A stretch of DNA of 63,764 bases, filler included, from Conidiobolus incongruus B7586 (lineage: Eukaryota), in NCBI GenBank assembly GCA_000697335.1. It is 25 parts of 25 records of this genome, joined end to end, with 100 filler letters (N's around TTAATTAATTAA, not from the genome) between each part and the next. Parts side by side here need not be neighbours in the genome. Positions count along the whole stretch, not along the records: positions 40,956 to 42,292 come from JNEM01005944.1; positions 42,393 to 43,548 come from JNEM01005945.1; positions 43,649 to 45,152 come from JNEM01005946.1; positions 45,253 to 46,458 come from JNEM01005947.1; positions 46,559 to 48,142 come from JNEM01005949.1; positions 48,243 to 53,823 come from JNEM01005953.1; 19 more parts are not named here. The stretch is one strand, 5' to 3'. Numbering within the stretch: the stretch's first letter is position 1; the number at the start of each line of letters is the position of its first letter. A model generated the notes under the pieces. That model saw only the letters and a list, made by a program, of their open reading frames with translations, did no database searches and was not told where the DNA came from. The position numbers were made by a program, and so were the translations under genes. Of the stretch, positions 40,956-53,923 are shown piece by piece.

Positions 40956-42292
40956 AATATTATTATTTAAAATAATAATTTACAATAATAATATTAGTAT
41001 ATAAATATATAATTTAGTATAAACAAGATTTAAGTAATATTTGTTTTATATACCCTTTTAACACTTAAACCCATAAATTTATGACTTATTTTATTTAAAA
41101 TTTAAGATTTAATATATTAAATATAATTAAATATAACCTATTATAATCATATAATATACTTTAATTATATATTTTAATTTAAATTAATTTAGTTAAGAAT
41201 TATTTAAGTTATAAATAAATATATAAATGATTTTTATTTTATAATTTATTTTTGTAAGTTAGTGTATATTTTTGTTTTATTAAATTAAATAACATTACTT
41301 TAATTAGTTTTAATTTAATATTAGTAATAATATTTAAATTCTTACTTAATTTTATAGTAGTATTTCTTTAATTAAGGGTGTTTTTTCTTAAAATATAAGT
41401 AATATCTATGTTAATATAAAGCATATATAATAATATTAGTGTTAACTAATATTCTTGTATAGTCTTATAGTTTTTGTTATATTTTTACAATAATATTATA
41501 TTTGCTTATATTAACTAACTTATAAATATACTCTTTATTATATTTATTTATAATTTTAACCTATTTAAGTTTAAGTTTAAATGTTTTTTTATTATTATTC
41601 TTAATAACCTTAATTATAATAAACTAGCTAACATTAGTAATTCTAATAATATCACTAGTTAATTTATCTTTTTTATAAAGTTGATTAATATATAAGTAGA
41701 TTTTTTTAAAGAGGGATTTAAGTATAATAATACTAATAAAAAATATTTAGTATATTAATAAAATATAATATAAAATAATAATAAAGAGAGAAAAAAGATA
41801 TGGTTATATATTGTTAAATATATCCTTTTATCTCAAAAACCCATAAATTTATAATTTACCTTAGTTAAATATTAAAGGTTAATATTTTTGCTAATAATTT
41901 ACTAAATATATTTAAATATATTTAATTATTATTAAATAATATACTTTAGCTATATACATTAACCCACAAAAGTGAGTTATAAAATCAAAAATATATATAT
42001 TTTAATTAATAACTAAAACAATTGTATATATTAGATTACTTTAAACTATAATATATAATTAAGGTATATTATTTAATAATAGATAAATATATTTAAATAT
42101 ATTTAGTAAACTATTAGCAAAAATATTAACCTTTAATAATTAACTAAGGTGAGTTATAAATTTGTGGGTTTTTGAGATAAGGGGATATATTTAACAATAT
42201 ATAACCATATCTTTTTTTTCTCTTTGTTATTATTTTATATAATATTTTATAGATATACTAAATTCTTTTTATTAGTATTATTATACTTAAAT
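40956..42292. mobile_element. Nest of three Tc1 fragments (two minus, one plus starting at 41957)
   Basis: TA|cattaacccacaaaagtgagttataaaa at 41955 interrupts the left end of an opposite-strand copy. Confidence 0.85.
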
Positions 42293-42451
42293 NNNNNNNN
42301 NNNNNNNNNNNNNNNNNNNNNNNNNNNNNNNNNNNNTTAATTAATTAANNNNNNNNNNNNNNNNNNNNNNNNNNNNNNNNNNNNNNNNNNNNTTAAAAAA
42401 TATTATTAAAGTTTTTTTTATTATAAAAGATATAAATTAATTTTAAAAATA

Positions 42452-43548
42452 TACTAACCTATAAAAATAAGTTATAAAATCAAAAACACTTATATTTTTA
42501 CTAATAACTTAATTAATATTTAATAAAATAAACCTAAATTAAATAATTAAAATCTATTATATTTATTAATTATATATATTATTAAATTATTATATTTAGT
42601 TATTAATTAGCTAAAATATAAACCCTTAAATTTTACCTAAGGTAAATTATAAATTTATAGGTTTTTGGTGATAAAAAAAAATTAAAACTTAATATATCTA
42701 CTATTAGCTTTTTTAACTTCTTTAAGTTTATAAGGTATAGAATTAATTAACTTCTTATATTAAAAAAAGTTAATTTTGTTTTATATTTCTTAAATATATT
42801 TTTAAAATTGATTTAAATTTTTTGTTGGGGGGAAAACTTTAATAGCTTTTTTTAACTAATCCCAAAGATATTTAATTAAATTAAAGTTAGAAAATTAAAG
42901 AAATTATTTTATAACTATTATTTTATTATTTTTAAGTTATTTAGTAGTAGAAGTTATAATATAACAAGTAATATTATCTTACTAGAAAATAACATTAAAT
43001 TTATTTAACTTAAATTATTCAATGATTTTTTTTTAATTTATTATTTAAAATACTTTAATATATCTTAATATTAATTCCTTTATTAACTTTATAAAGATAC
43101 TTTACACCTAAAAACAACATACATCCTTAAATAATAATTAATTTATTATTGTATTTTTAGGTAGAATTAACATATTAGTTATAAAGTAATTTTATATCTT
43201 TTTTAAAATATTTAACTTTTCTATTAAATTTATTAAAGTATATTTTTATTTCATTAAACTAAATAACTTTATTTTAATTAGTTTTAGTTTAATATTAGTG
43301 ATGACATTTAAACTCTTATTTAACTTTACAATAAGATTTCTTTAGTTGGGGGTGTTTTTTTTTAAAATATAAGTGGTATCTACACTAATATAAAATATAT
43401 ATAATAATATCTATGTTAACTAGTATTCTTATATAGTTTTATAATTCTTGTTATGTTTCTATAACAATACTATATTTGTTTATATTAACTAACTTATAAA
43501 TATACTTCTTATTATATTTATTTATAATTTTAACACACTTAAGTTTAA
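42452..43548 (-). mobile_element. Tc1 relic inserted at TA inside another Tc1 transposase fragment (42393-42451)
   Basis: TIR tactaacctataaaaataagttataaaatcaaaa followed by the reverse-complement transposase. Confidence 0.88.
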
Positions 43549-43791
43549 NNNNNNNNNNNNNNNNNNNNNNNNNNNNNNNNNNNNNNNNNNNNTTAATTAA
43601 TTAANNNNNNNNNNNNNNNNNNNNNNNNNNNNNNNNNNNNNNNNNNNNTATAGATTATATTGTTAATCAGAATAAAATATACTTAAATAAAATATATTGA
43701 GAAATTTTGTTATAGTACTTATAAATATATTATATTAGCTATGTATAAATTAATATATATATATATAAATTTTATATTAATTATTTGGAGT

Positions 43792-45110
43792 TATTACTTT
43801 ATAATTTAAATAATAGGAATTATATGTAATTAAAACAAAGTATATATTTTAATATATAAAAAGTAAATATAAATATATAATATTAAATTAATAATTTCCT
43901 TTATTTCTAATAACTTTTTGCTATATTATTAGCAAAGTTCTAATACCTAAAAAATAGTTCTTTTTATTAAGGACTAAAATTTGATATTTTACCAATTAAT
44001 TAATTTTTTTTATAAAAATTTTCTTTCCTACAAGCTAGTTTTAATTGCCTAATATAATTATAATCATATAGGTTATAATCTAAGGAAAATATTAGATATG
44101 GTAGTTCTTTCCAGTTATTTTTAATTGGAAATTTTTTTATAACTTTAAATATATATATTTTTAATTATTATATAAAATAATATATTTTTTTATATTTTAT
44201 TAAAAATACTAATTTGAAATAGTTTTTATTTAAAAAAGAAATATAAAGCTTATTAATAATTGATTTTTCTTTAAAAACTATATAAGCATAGTATATGCTA
44301 TTATAATAAATTATAACAATTAACATTCATTTATTAATAAAAAGCTTATTTAAAAGAATTTATAAAAAGAGTTGATTTAGCTTAATCTAACACTTTGATT
44401 TATATTTTAGTAAAGGATTATATTCAAAAACCTATGATTCATCAATTATAATAGTTCATTGTAAAAGCCTTGGTTTTTAGCTATATCTTAGTAAGTTCTG
44501 TTTAGGAATAGCTATTTTAGTTTTTTTAAGCTTTAGTTAAATTATAAGGTACCTATTTTATATTTTTATTAATTAATTTTAATTTAAGCTTTAATATATA
44601 TAAAATTCTTATATAACTAATATTAAAATATCTTGATAATTCTTTAACTAAAATAAAAAGGTGTTTTTTAATATATTCTTTTTTTTATTAATTATAAAAA
44701 GAATAATAGTTAAAATTAGTTTTTTAGATTTTAATAAGTTTTGGGTAGTTTCTCTCTTAATTTTAAAATAATTTACCTAGTGATAAATTTTTGATTTAGA
44801 TAATATTTCATTATTAAAAGATATTTGTAAACTTTAAATAATTTTAGAGGGCTTATGGTTAAGTTTTATTGATACCAAAATAAAAAACTTTTGATGATTA
44901 CTATTTGGTTTCAATTTGATTAAATTAAACAACCAATTCTAAAAAGTTAATTTTTTAATCAAAAAAATTATCATATATATATATATATATATTTTAGAAA
45001 TATATAATTTCCTATTAATTTTATATATATTTATTTATTTCAAATTCATAATATATTTGAAAAATCAGAAATTAAAAAATTTCCTATTATTTTAAATTCA
45101 AGGAAATAAT
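43792..45110 (-). mobile_element. mariner (DD34D) relic, apparently full length (about 1.3 kb) with both TIRs
   Basis: Minus strand: K(W)VP(H)NLT (about 44535-44560), DES(W)VFEYNP (about 44415-44445), LP(H)(P).FS(P)DYN(P)(C)DY, GIRTL...(W)QKVIRNKGNY. Imperfect TIRs of about 35 bp at 43792-43831 and 45070-45110. Confidence 0.88.
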
Positions 45111-45252
45111 TATAATAATTTTTAATTTTATTTATATTCAATTAAATTATAGNNNNNNNNNNNNNNNNNNNNNNNNNNNNNNNNNNNNNNNNNNNNTTAA
45201 TTAATTAANNNNNNNNNNNNNNNNNNNNNNNNNNNNNNNNNNNNNNNNNNNN

Positions 45253-46344
45253 CATTAAATTTCTCAATTAATTAACTTATAAAAGTTTTTATTTAAGTTA
45301 AAAAAACTTTTCTTTTATTAATTAAATATAATTTTTTAAGTAATATTTTTTTTAAAAGTTTTTTCTAATTATTTAAAAGTTTATACTCTTATAATAAATT
45401 ATCTTTTTGAAGATTTTTTAAGATTAAGTTTATAATAAGTTAATTATTAATTATAAGTAAATTTTTCTAAAAAAGAAATAATTAATTTAAAGATATTTTT
45501 TAAATCTTTATTAAAAATTAAATTAAGATAATTCTTTATACTTTTAAGCTAATTTTAAGCTTATAGAAGTTTTTAAAATTATTATAAATAGTTAATTTAT
45601 TTTTGAAAATATTAAGAAAATAATTTAATATATTAATAATAGTGAAATAACTATTTTATTAGATTTTAACTTTTTAAGTTATATTTTTCTTAACCAAAAA
45701 CTATTTAATATAAGCTTTTTAAAGGGTAGTAAGCTTTTAAAAACTAAAGTTTTAAATTTACTTAATAATTAAACTATTATCATTGTTAAAATAATATAAG
45801 GATAATTTTTTTAGTAGTATAATTGTGTATAGTATTAAACTTAAATAGAATAAGTTATAAATAAAGTTTAAAATAATAATAAATAAAGTTAATATAAGTA
45901 ATTATTAATTTTCTAATAGAATTTTAATAACTTTATTATTACGATTATTATATAAGCATAATAATAAAAGATTATTAATATAGTATAAAAGAAAACTTAA
46001 TATAAAGGTAATATAGCATAAAATATAATGATATAATATAAAATATAATATGGAAATATAAACAAAGTTTAATTAAGCTTCAAATTAAGATAAGTCACTG
46101 ATATATTAAAACTTATATTAAATAATGCTAATATCCTATAATATTGATAAAATATAGTCTAAATCTTAAAAATAGTATAAAAAATAAGAAAAAGTAAAAA
46201 TTAAAAAAAACCTTATTTATTAAATAATTTAATATTATTTATATAATTAATATAATTATAAAGATATAAATTAATTATAAAATTTTTAGTTAATTGAATT
46301 ATAAAAAAATATATATAAGGATTTAAAAAACTAGTCTTTTAACA
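45253..46344 (-). mobile_element. Gypsy 5' LTR (45784-46344, TGTTA...TAACA, about 560 bp), PBS (45774-45782) and decayed downstream internal region
   Basis: Short inverted termini. 1 nt after the LTR is TGATAATAG, which differs from the tRNA-iMet-type PBS TGGTAGCAG only by G>A/C>T changes. Confidence 0.72.
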
Positions 46345-46679
46345 AATATGGTAATTCTTTTTATTTGTTTGAAAATGAAAATCTTTGATATTATTAGCCT
46401 TATTTATTTTATAAGAAATATAAAATAAAATTAAAATTTAAATTATTAAATAAAATATNNNNNNNNNNNNNNNNNNNNNNNNNNNNNNNNNNNNNNNNNN
46501 NNTTAATTAATTAANNNNNNNNNNNNNNNNNNNNNNNNNNNNNNNNNNNNNNNNNNNNTATTAATAATAAAGGAGGCTATTAATTTTATATTATTCATTA
46601 ATTTTTATATATTATTTATTAATTTATTTGTTTAATTTTAATTTTAAAATTATGCCATTACTTAATTTCTGCACTAATA

Positions 46680-47819
46680 TATTTAATTAAGTTAAAATAA
46701 AGAAATTAAAGAAATTATTTTATAATATTATTTTATTATTTTTAAGTTATAGAATAATAGAATTTATAATATAATAAAAGGTATTATCTTATTAAAAAAT
46801 ATTATTTAATTCATTTAACTTATATTATTAAGTAGTTTTTTTAATTCATTATTTAAAATTTTTTAATATATTTTAATATTGATTCCTTTATTAATTATAT
46901 AAATATACCTTATATCTAAAGATAATATATATCCTTAAATGATAATAAACTTATTATTATATTTTTAGGTTATAATAATATAATGGTTAAAAAGTAGTTT
47001 TTTATTTTTTTTCAAATATTTAACTTTTTTATTAAATTTAATAGAATATATCTCTGTTTTATTAAATTAAATAACCTTACTCTAGTAAATTTTAATTTAA
47101 TTTTAATATTAATATTTAAACTCTTGTTTAATTTTATAATAGGATTTTTTTAGTTAAAAGTGTTTTTCCTTGAGATATAAGTAATATCTATTCTAATATA
47201 AAATATATATAATAATATTAGTACTAATTAATATTGTTATATAGTTTTATAATTCTTTTACTTCTATAATAGTATTATATTAACTTATATTAACCAATCT
47301 ATAAATATACTTTTATCATTTTTATCTATAATCTTAATATACTTAAATTTTAATTTAAATGTTTTTTTAACATTATTCTTAATAACCTTAACTATAATAG
47401 ATTAACTAATATTAATAGTTCTAGGAATCTTACAAGTTGATTTATTTTTATTATAAAATTGATTAATATATAAATAAACTTTTTTAAAGAGAGATTTAGG
47501 TATTAAAATATTTATTTTAAAATATTAGCTTAATAGTTTTATAATATATATAATATTATAAAAATATATATATATAAGTTTTGTTATTTATAAACTTTTA
47601 ATTTATAAACCTATAAATTTATAACTTATCTTAGTTAAATTTTAGGTTTTGATATATTAACCAATAATTAATGAAATATAATCAAATATAGTTAGTTATA
47701 ATCAAGTAATATAGGTAAGTTATTTATTTTAATTTAAATTTATTTAATTAAGAGTTATTTAAGATATAAGCAAATATATAAGTAATTTTGATTTTATAAC
47801 TCACTTTTATTGGCTAGTA
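46680..47819 (-). mobile_element. Tc1 relic with left end
   Basis: Ends ttttataactcacttttattggctagta|TA. Confidence 0.88.
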
Positions 47820-48319
47820 TATATTTATTTAAAATCCCTATTTTTTTTAATTCAATGATATTAAATTTAATTAATCCCTTTAATTTAAAATTATTAAAAT
47901 AATTATAAATATTGATTATAAAATTAGTAAGGAAATTATATTATTAAAATAAGATAATATTGCTTATATTAATAAATATAATATTATTCAAAATATATAT
48001 AATAATTTGAAATTTTAGAAATTATAATTAAATTAATATCAAAGGAAAATATACTAAATATTATATTATCAGCTAAAATATTATTAATTTTTATAAAAAA
48101 AATCTATACAAACTATACAAATAAAAAGTTTTAAATTATTATNNNNNNNNNNNNNNNNNNNNNNNNNNNNNNNNNNNNNNNNNNNNTTAATTAATTAANN
48201 NNNNNNNNNNNNNNNNNNNNNNNNNNNNNNNNNNNNNNNNNNAATCTAATATAAATAATTGTTTTAGTTATTAATTAAAATATATATATTTTTAATTTTA
48301 TTACTTATTTTTATTAGTT

Positions 48320-48570
48320 ATTATATAATTATTTTAAATAATTAAAAAAATAGCTTATAAAAAACTTTTACTGATAAATTAAATTAGTTTGTAAAATATT
48401 AAATTTCAGTCTTTAATAAAAAAACTATCTTTTAAATATTTCAATCTAATCAAAAATATAGAAAAAAATTATTAATAATAAAAGAGGTTATTAATTTTAT
48501 AATATTTATTAATTTATTTATTTAATTTTAAATTCCAAACTATATCACTACTTAACTTTTATATTAATAA
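48320..48570 (+). mobile_element. mariner 3' fragment (similar pieces at 38930-39063, 46559-46660, 58204-58628, 59070-59216)
   Basis: Matches the mariner C-terminus or TIR of the copies at 11122 and 19850. Confidence 0.7.
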
Positions 48571-49911
48571 TAATAAAAAAAATTAATTCTGAAAGTAAAT
48601 TGATATATCAAAAATATATTTTATAAGTAAAGATATTTAATAAAAATATTTAGCTTATATTAGAATATTAAATAAATTAAATAAAGTTAAATTGAATTGA
48701 ACTAACATTAAATTATTATATCAATCAAAAATTTATTAATATATGAATAAATAATTTGTTTATTTAACAATAATAACTAAAAGGTTTAATTTGGTTTGAA
48801 TTTATTACAATAATATAGCCTATTAACAAAAAACTTATATAGATTAATAATATTATATCTTTGTTATTTCTAATTATTAGCTAAATTATCCATATTGTAT
48901 TTTAAATATAAATGTCTTTATTGATAAAATGAAAAGTAAAGATAATAAATGATGTGATTTAATAGATAAAATTAACCTTATAGGAATAGGTTTGAATTTG
49001 TAATGCACATTATTTAAATATATTTAATCCTCAGTGGTAAACTAAAATTTAATACAAATTTATTGAATAATTTTTAAATTCCAATTGTTCCTATTTTCAA
49101 GTGAATCAATAATATTCAAATCGAATAATACTGAAATTAGTAAATTAAGAATATACTTGAATATGAGAATCAAACAATATTATTAATTCAGTTTGAGGTA
49201 TAACTATGGTAGATAATATCTATCATTAACTTATCTAATTAAATATTTCATTTATTTTCATTCATTTGATAGTAGCTCATATCGACTTTTTGAGTAAGAT
49301 TTTAAACCTTAACTCTGACGAGTAAATTTGTACAGTTTCTATATTAGGCAATATTCGGTTGGAAATTCATTTATTGGTAAATGAGATGGGATTGATATTT
49401 TGAAATTACCAAAGTAATTAGGCTGATTGGCTGGCCCAAAGTGCCATGAGAAAATATGATTGACTGAAATTGGTGTTATTAAAATTTGGGAATAAATTGG
49501 TATAATATGAATCCACCCTGATAGAAATCATACGAATTATTCTGCCAAATCACAACTGACCAATTATATTGAATGCCAAAACACAATATTCTTCTAATAA
49601 ACATTTAGTATTACTAAATTATTAAAACCAAATTTTGGGGATTGGAGGAAAAGAGATTATAAAAGAAAATTTGATCGCTTTTGGAATTGGGTTTGAAACT
49701 TACGAATAACAAATCCTATATCCAACTGAAAAACTGCTTTTCCACTATACCGAATAACACTTGCCAACAACTTATTCTCTTCAATCCTCTGTACCAACTC
49801 AGTTATCAAAATAACTGGAAATTAAACCAATTTGATTCTAAATTTCATATTAAATTAACTAACATTTCATCCAATTTTCTTTATAGTTTAGTTTCCTAAA
49901 ATTTCACAAAA

Positions 49912-51975
49912 ATGCCTGCTATTGAACTACGTGTTAAAGGTAAAACATTTGCTGCTTTTTATGACTTGGACCCCACTGAAGATCTTCCAAAAACATGGAG
50001 GACTTGCACCAAAGTCAAAGATGCATTAGAACAAGGTGATAGATTAGAAAATCTCTCTTGGCGTTTATGGCATTTACAAAAGTCACTGTATCGTGAACTC
50101 AAAGATACAGCACTTTGGTCAGCAGAATTCAAACGCTTATCACAAATTGCCACTCGTAAACTTGAAGAATCCGGAGTTTTAACCTTCCCCAGAAAGAAGC
50201 ATCGCGCTTTAAAAAAAAAGATAGTTCCTCATCCTCCGGGAGTTTTCCATCCTCCCAATATCCAGCATACTCTGCCTGGATCCCCGTCCAAGAGATTCAG
50301 AGCTGACGATTCCATATCTCATAATACACAAACAGTACTCCAACCTCATCCTGGTTTAAACACTACTACAGTTAAAATTGAGCCTTCAGATGAATCTACT
50401 CAACATCGTCCAATACTAATTAAAAATAATACAGATCCTTCAATTTCTTCAGAACACACCCAGACCACCAAGCCGAATCATAACGATTCTACAAATTCTA
50501 ACCCTTTCGCTATATCTTCCCAGGCTAATAGCTTTAACCAAGCACCAGGTTTTAATGGAGCACCTTCAGGCTTAAGTCATCAGCAGATGATTAGTGCAAT
50601 GTATCATCCTCTTGCTGGACATCCTCAATGGATTAATACGGCTCAGCTAAATTTCAACGCAGCATACTCCATGCTAAATTATAATCCATCTAACCCTCTT
50701 CTGTTTCCAGCTGGCAGAGGCGCATTCACCAATCAACCGCCCTCGTTCAATATTGCACAACCTAGTTTTTCTAACTCACAAGTTAACTCACAAGTTTCAT
50801 CTCCGCGAGGAACCAATCAACCCCATGAATATTTCCCCGCTGGCTTTGCTGCACCATTTCCTCTTAACATGCAATTGGCTAATCTTTATAATTCTTCAGC
50901 AGCAGTAGCCCAAGGTGTTTCGTCATTAAACCCAGCCTCGGCACAATCCACTCCTGCTCAAGAAAACGCTCCTAATGATCCCAAATCTGGTTTTAATCAA
51001 AGCCAAGCTTCTTCAACAGGATCTACACTTCCAAGCCAAGCTAACAAATCCACAGAGCCTGGATCATCTATTCCCAATAATCAAATTTCTTCTGAATTAG
51101 CTACTATTCATGAAACAGAAGAAAGTTCTAAGCACAATTCAACAAATCAGCAATCCAATACTGATGACGCAAGCACTAAAAATAGTAATAGTAATAATGA
51201 TAACAAAAAGGGAGAGGGACGACCTGCCTATCGAGATAATGCTGAGCCAGATCCTAATAGCGTTTGCTCCAATTGTGGCTGTACATCTACTCCTCTTTGG
51301 CGCAGGTCCGTCAATGATGATTTATTATGCAATGCTTGTGGTCTGTATTCTAAACTTCACAAAATTCCTCGACCTAAATCACTCAAAGACAACTCTCATC
51401 GCAAGGATACTTCTAATACTCACTCTAATTCTGTCTGCACTAATTGTGGCACTAATACTACTCCTCTATGGCGTCGAAATCCTAACGGTCGGACTCTTTG
51501 TAATGCTTGTGGTTTATATTATAAACTTCATAACTCAGATCGTCCATTGTCACTCAAGACCGATAGCTACAAAAAGCGCACAAGATCTGATCATACTAAA
51601 CGCAAGAAAGCCAAACTTCTGCAAGATCAGCAGGATGATTCCAATCCCGACTTAGGAAGCGATACTGGTTATTATGATTCGACTAACGATGCATACAAGG
51701 ATGATGACGAAGATGCAATTCAAAATTATAACGATGGCCTAAAGAGCACAATTGATATCACCAACCAGTCGGCATCGAATAATCCCTTGTTAGATGTCCA
51801 CTCCACAGGTTTAGCAATTCCTCCCAATTTCCCTCCAAATGCCCAAGCCCAATATCTTATGTATTCACAATGCCCTGATGTTTCACAAATTGATATCAAT
51901 GACTATGCACAATATTTGGAATTTGAATCAACGCATCCTTCGCAGCTGGACTCTAGCTATTACCAGCAGAACTGA
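49912..51975 (+). CDS. GATA-type transcription factor with N-terminal DUF1752 motif and two C-X2-C-X17-C-X2-C zinc fingers (AreA/Gat1-related), 687 aa
   Basis: [26 protein letters not shown] (DUF1752); [22 protein letters not shown] and [34 protein letters not shown], followed by a basic tail. Confidence 0.95.
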   Translation: MPAIELRVKGKTFAAFYDLDPTEDLPKTWRTCTKVKDALEQGDRLENLSWRLWHLQKSLYRELKDTALWSAEFKRLSQIATRKLEESGVLTFPRKKHRALKKKIVPHPPGVFHPPNIQHTLPGSPSKRFRADDSISHNTQTVLQPHPGLNTTTVKIEPSDESTQHRPILIKNNTDPSISSEHTQTTKPNHNDSTNSNPFAISSQANSFNQAPGFNGAPSGLSHQQMISAMYHPLAGHPQWINTAQLNFNAAYSMLNYNPSNPLLFPAGRGAFTNQPPSFNIAQPSFSNSQVNSQVSSPRGTNQPHEYFPAGFAAPFPLNMQLANLYNSSAAVAQGVSSLNPASAQSTPAQENAPNDPKSGFNQSQASSTGSTLPSQANKSTEPGSSIPNNQISSELATIHETEESSKHNSTNQQSNTDDASTKNSNSNNDNKKGEGRPAYRDNAEPDPNSVCSNCGCTSTPLWRRSVNDDLLCNACGLYSKLHKIPRPKSLKDNSHRKDTSNTHSNSVCTNCGTNTTPLWRRNPNGRTLCNACGLYYKLHNSDRPLSLKTDSYKKRTRSDHTKRKKAKLLQDQQDDSNPDLGSDTGYYDSTNDAYKDDDEDAIQNYNDGLKSTIDITNQSASNNPLLDVHSTGLAIPPNFPPNAQAQYLMYSQCPDVSQIDINDYAQYLEFESTHPSQLDSSYYQQN

Positions 51976-53923
51976 TCGCGTAACAAATTGAATCCCCTAT
52001 TGATTTAGATTTATATATATATTTTTATTTAATCTTTTATGTATTTATTCATTCAAAACATAATATGTTCCTGTTTTTATTCATTAATCATAATAAAATC
52101 ATATCACTTTTATATTTTTCTCAATTCCACATTAGTTTTTGAATTTTGATATCCATTTATCATCTCAAAGTTGAAAATATAGTCGGCAATTTTCGGAAAC
52201 AATTTCATGTGAATATGAATTGATTCGATTCGTATAAACAATTCCTGCAACTCGACATTTACCATATGTATAGTATTTGATATTACTATTTTAAATTTAT
52301 TATTTGTCCGATTTTTCACACAGCAACTTTATAATAAATATTTGTAAGTGGATTTAAAATAATATTAAAAATTTTAGAACATAGATTTTCCATCTTCATA
52401 CCACAAAAATAAATAACATTTATAAAATCATCAATTTACATTTTAATACCAATTTCTCTTTTTAAGTTATATGTATTTTAATTAATTGCCTCATAATTAA
52501 TTAAAAATTAATTTGTTATTCAAGTTACTATTGATTGATCTTTTATGTCAAGCTTTATTGATATAACTAATATTTATTTTCAGACAAAACTAGAAAGACA
52601 AAGTTTATTATCTCTGTCATAATACTTCATATAGTTTATATAACTTATCTTTATATTATCATTATTATATTTATTCAATTTTTTTTAAATACATTATATT
52701 TTTATTTGTATCACATTAGTATTATTACTTATTTGTGATTCATTTATTATAAAATTTAATTATTTCCCCTTTTAGATAAATATTAAAATAATAATGAAAC
52801 AAGTTGGATAATCTTGTTAAAATAAAGTTAATTTATTAGGAATTTTATTATGAACTATATCAATCCATTTTTCATTTTCCATATTTAATTAATAAAATAA
52901 ATTAAATTGGAATTAATATTTTCAACTAATATAATTTGTTTTCATTTAAAAAATTATCATATTTTGTATTATAAATAATTTGAATTAATGAGGCCAAGTT
53001 TTGTATTGCTATCAATTTTAATATTAATATCAATATCCATGAACAATATATCAAATCTACTTTTTGAATCAAGTGCATTAACTTCAATACTTATATATAT
53101 TAGTTTTAATTACTTTAATTATATTTTCAATTAATATAATATTCCACGTGTTATCCATTTTCAGTATATTAATTCCTTATTTAGATATCATCCATTCAAA
53201 TATTCATTCATTCATTAAATTTAATTTATTTAGGTATAAAATATCTTGAATTCAAAATGAATTTACTAACAGCCATAATTTTTCTTTGATTTCTTTATAG
53301 TAATAAAAATCGAAGTAATTCATATCAGATACACGGATAAACATGTGTTGAATATATATATGTAAATGACCAATTAACCTGATTAATTTTCACCATTTCC
53401 CTGAGATTAAAAATTATCTTTAAATTAATCATATTTATTAGTTTATCAAAAAAATTTTTTGTCAAATATTTATAAACATGAATAGACAAAGAATATTGAT
53501 TTATATTTTTTTAAAATTCTTGTTTAAATATAAAAGGAGCCTGATTATAATAAAAATTTTAACAGCATAATATATCACTGAAATCCATTATATTAATAAA
53601 ATAAAATAATTTAATTAGGCTAACTAATTTATAAAACTACTCTATATAATATTTATTTTAATTTTTAATTATTAGCAGGCTTTTATTTATATTTAAAAAT
53701 ATTAACAATAATATTGATATAATAAAGTATTTTTAATTATATAATCAATTATATTTTCATAGTTATAATTACTAATTATTTTATTCATCTTATTTAGTTA
53801 TTTCTGAAATTATTAGTATAGAANNNNNNNNNNNNNNNNNNNNNNNNNNNNNNNNNNNNNNNNNNNNTTAATTAATTAANNNNNNNNNNNNNNNNNNNNN
53901 NNNNNNNNNNNNNNNNNNNNNNN

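Noticed and set aside
49681..52319. Short ORFs around and within the GATA gene (49681, 49959, 51110, 52110)
   Set aside because: Non-ATG starts or overlapping frames; composition is not protein-like.
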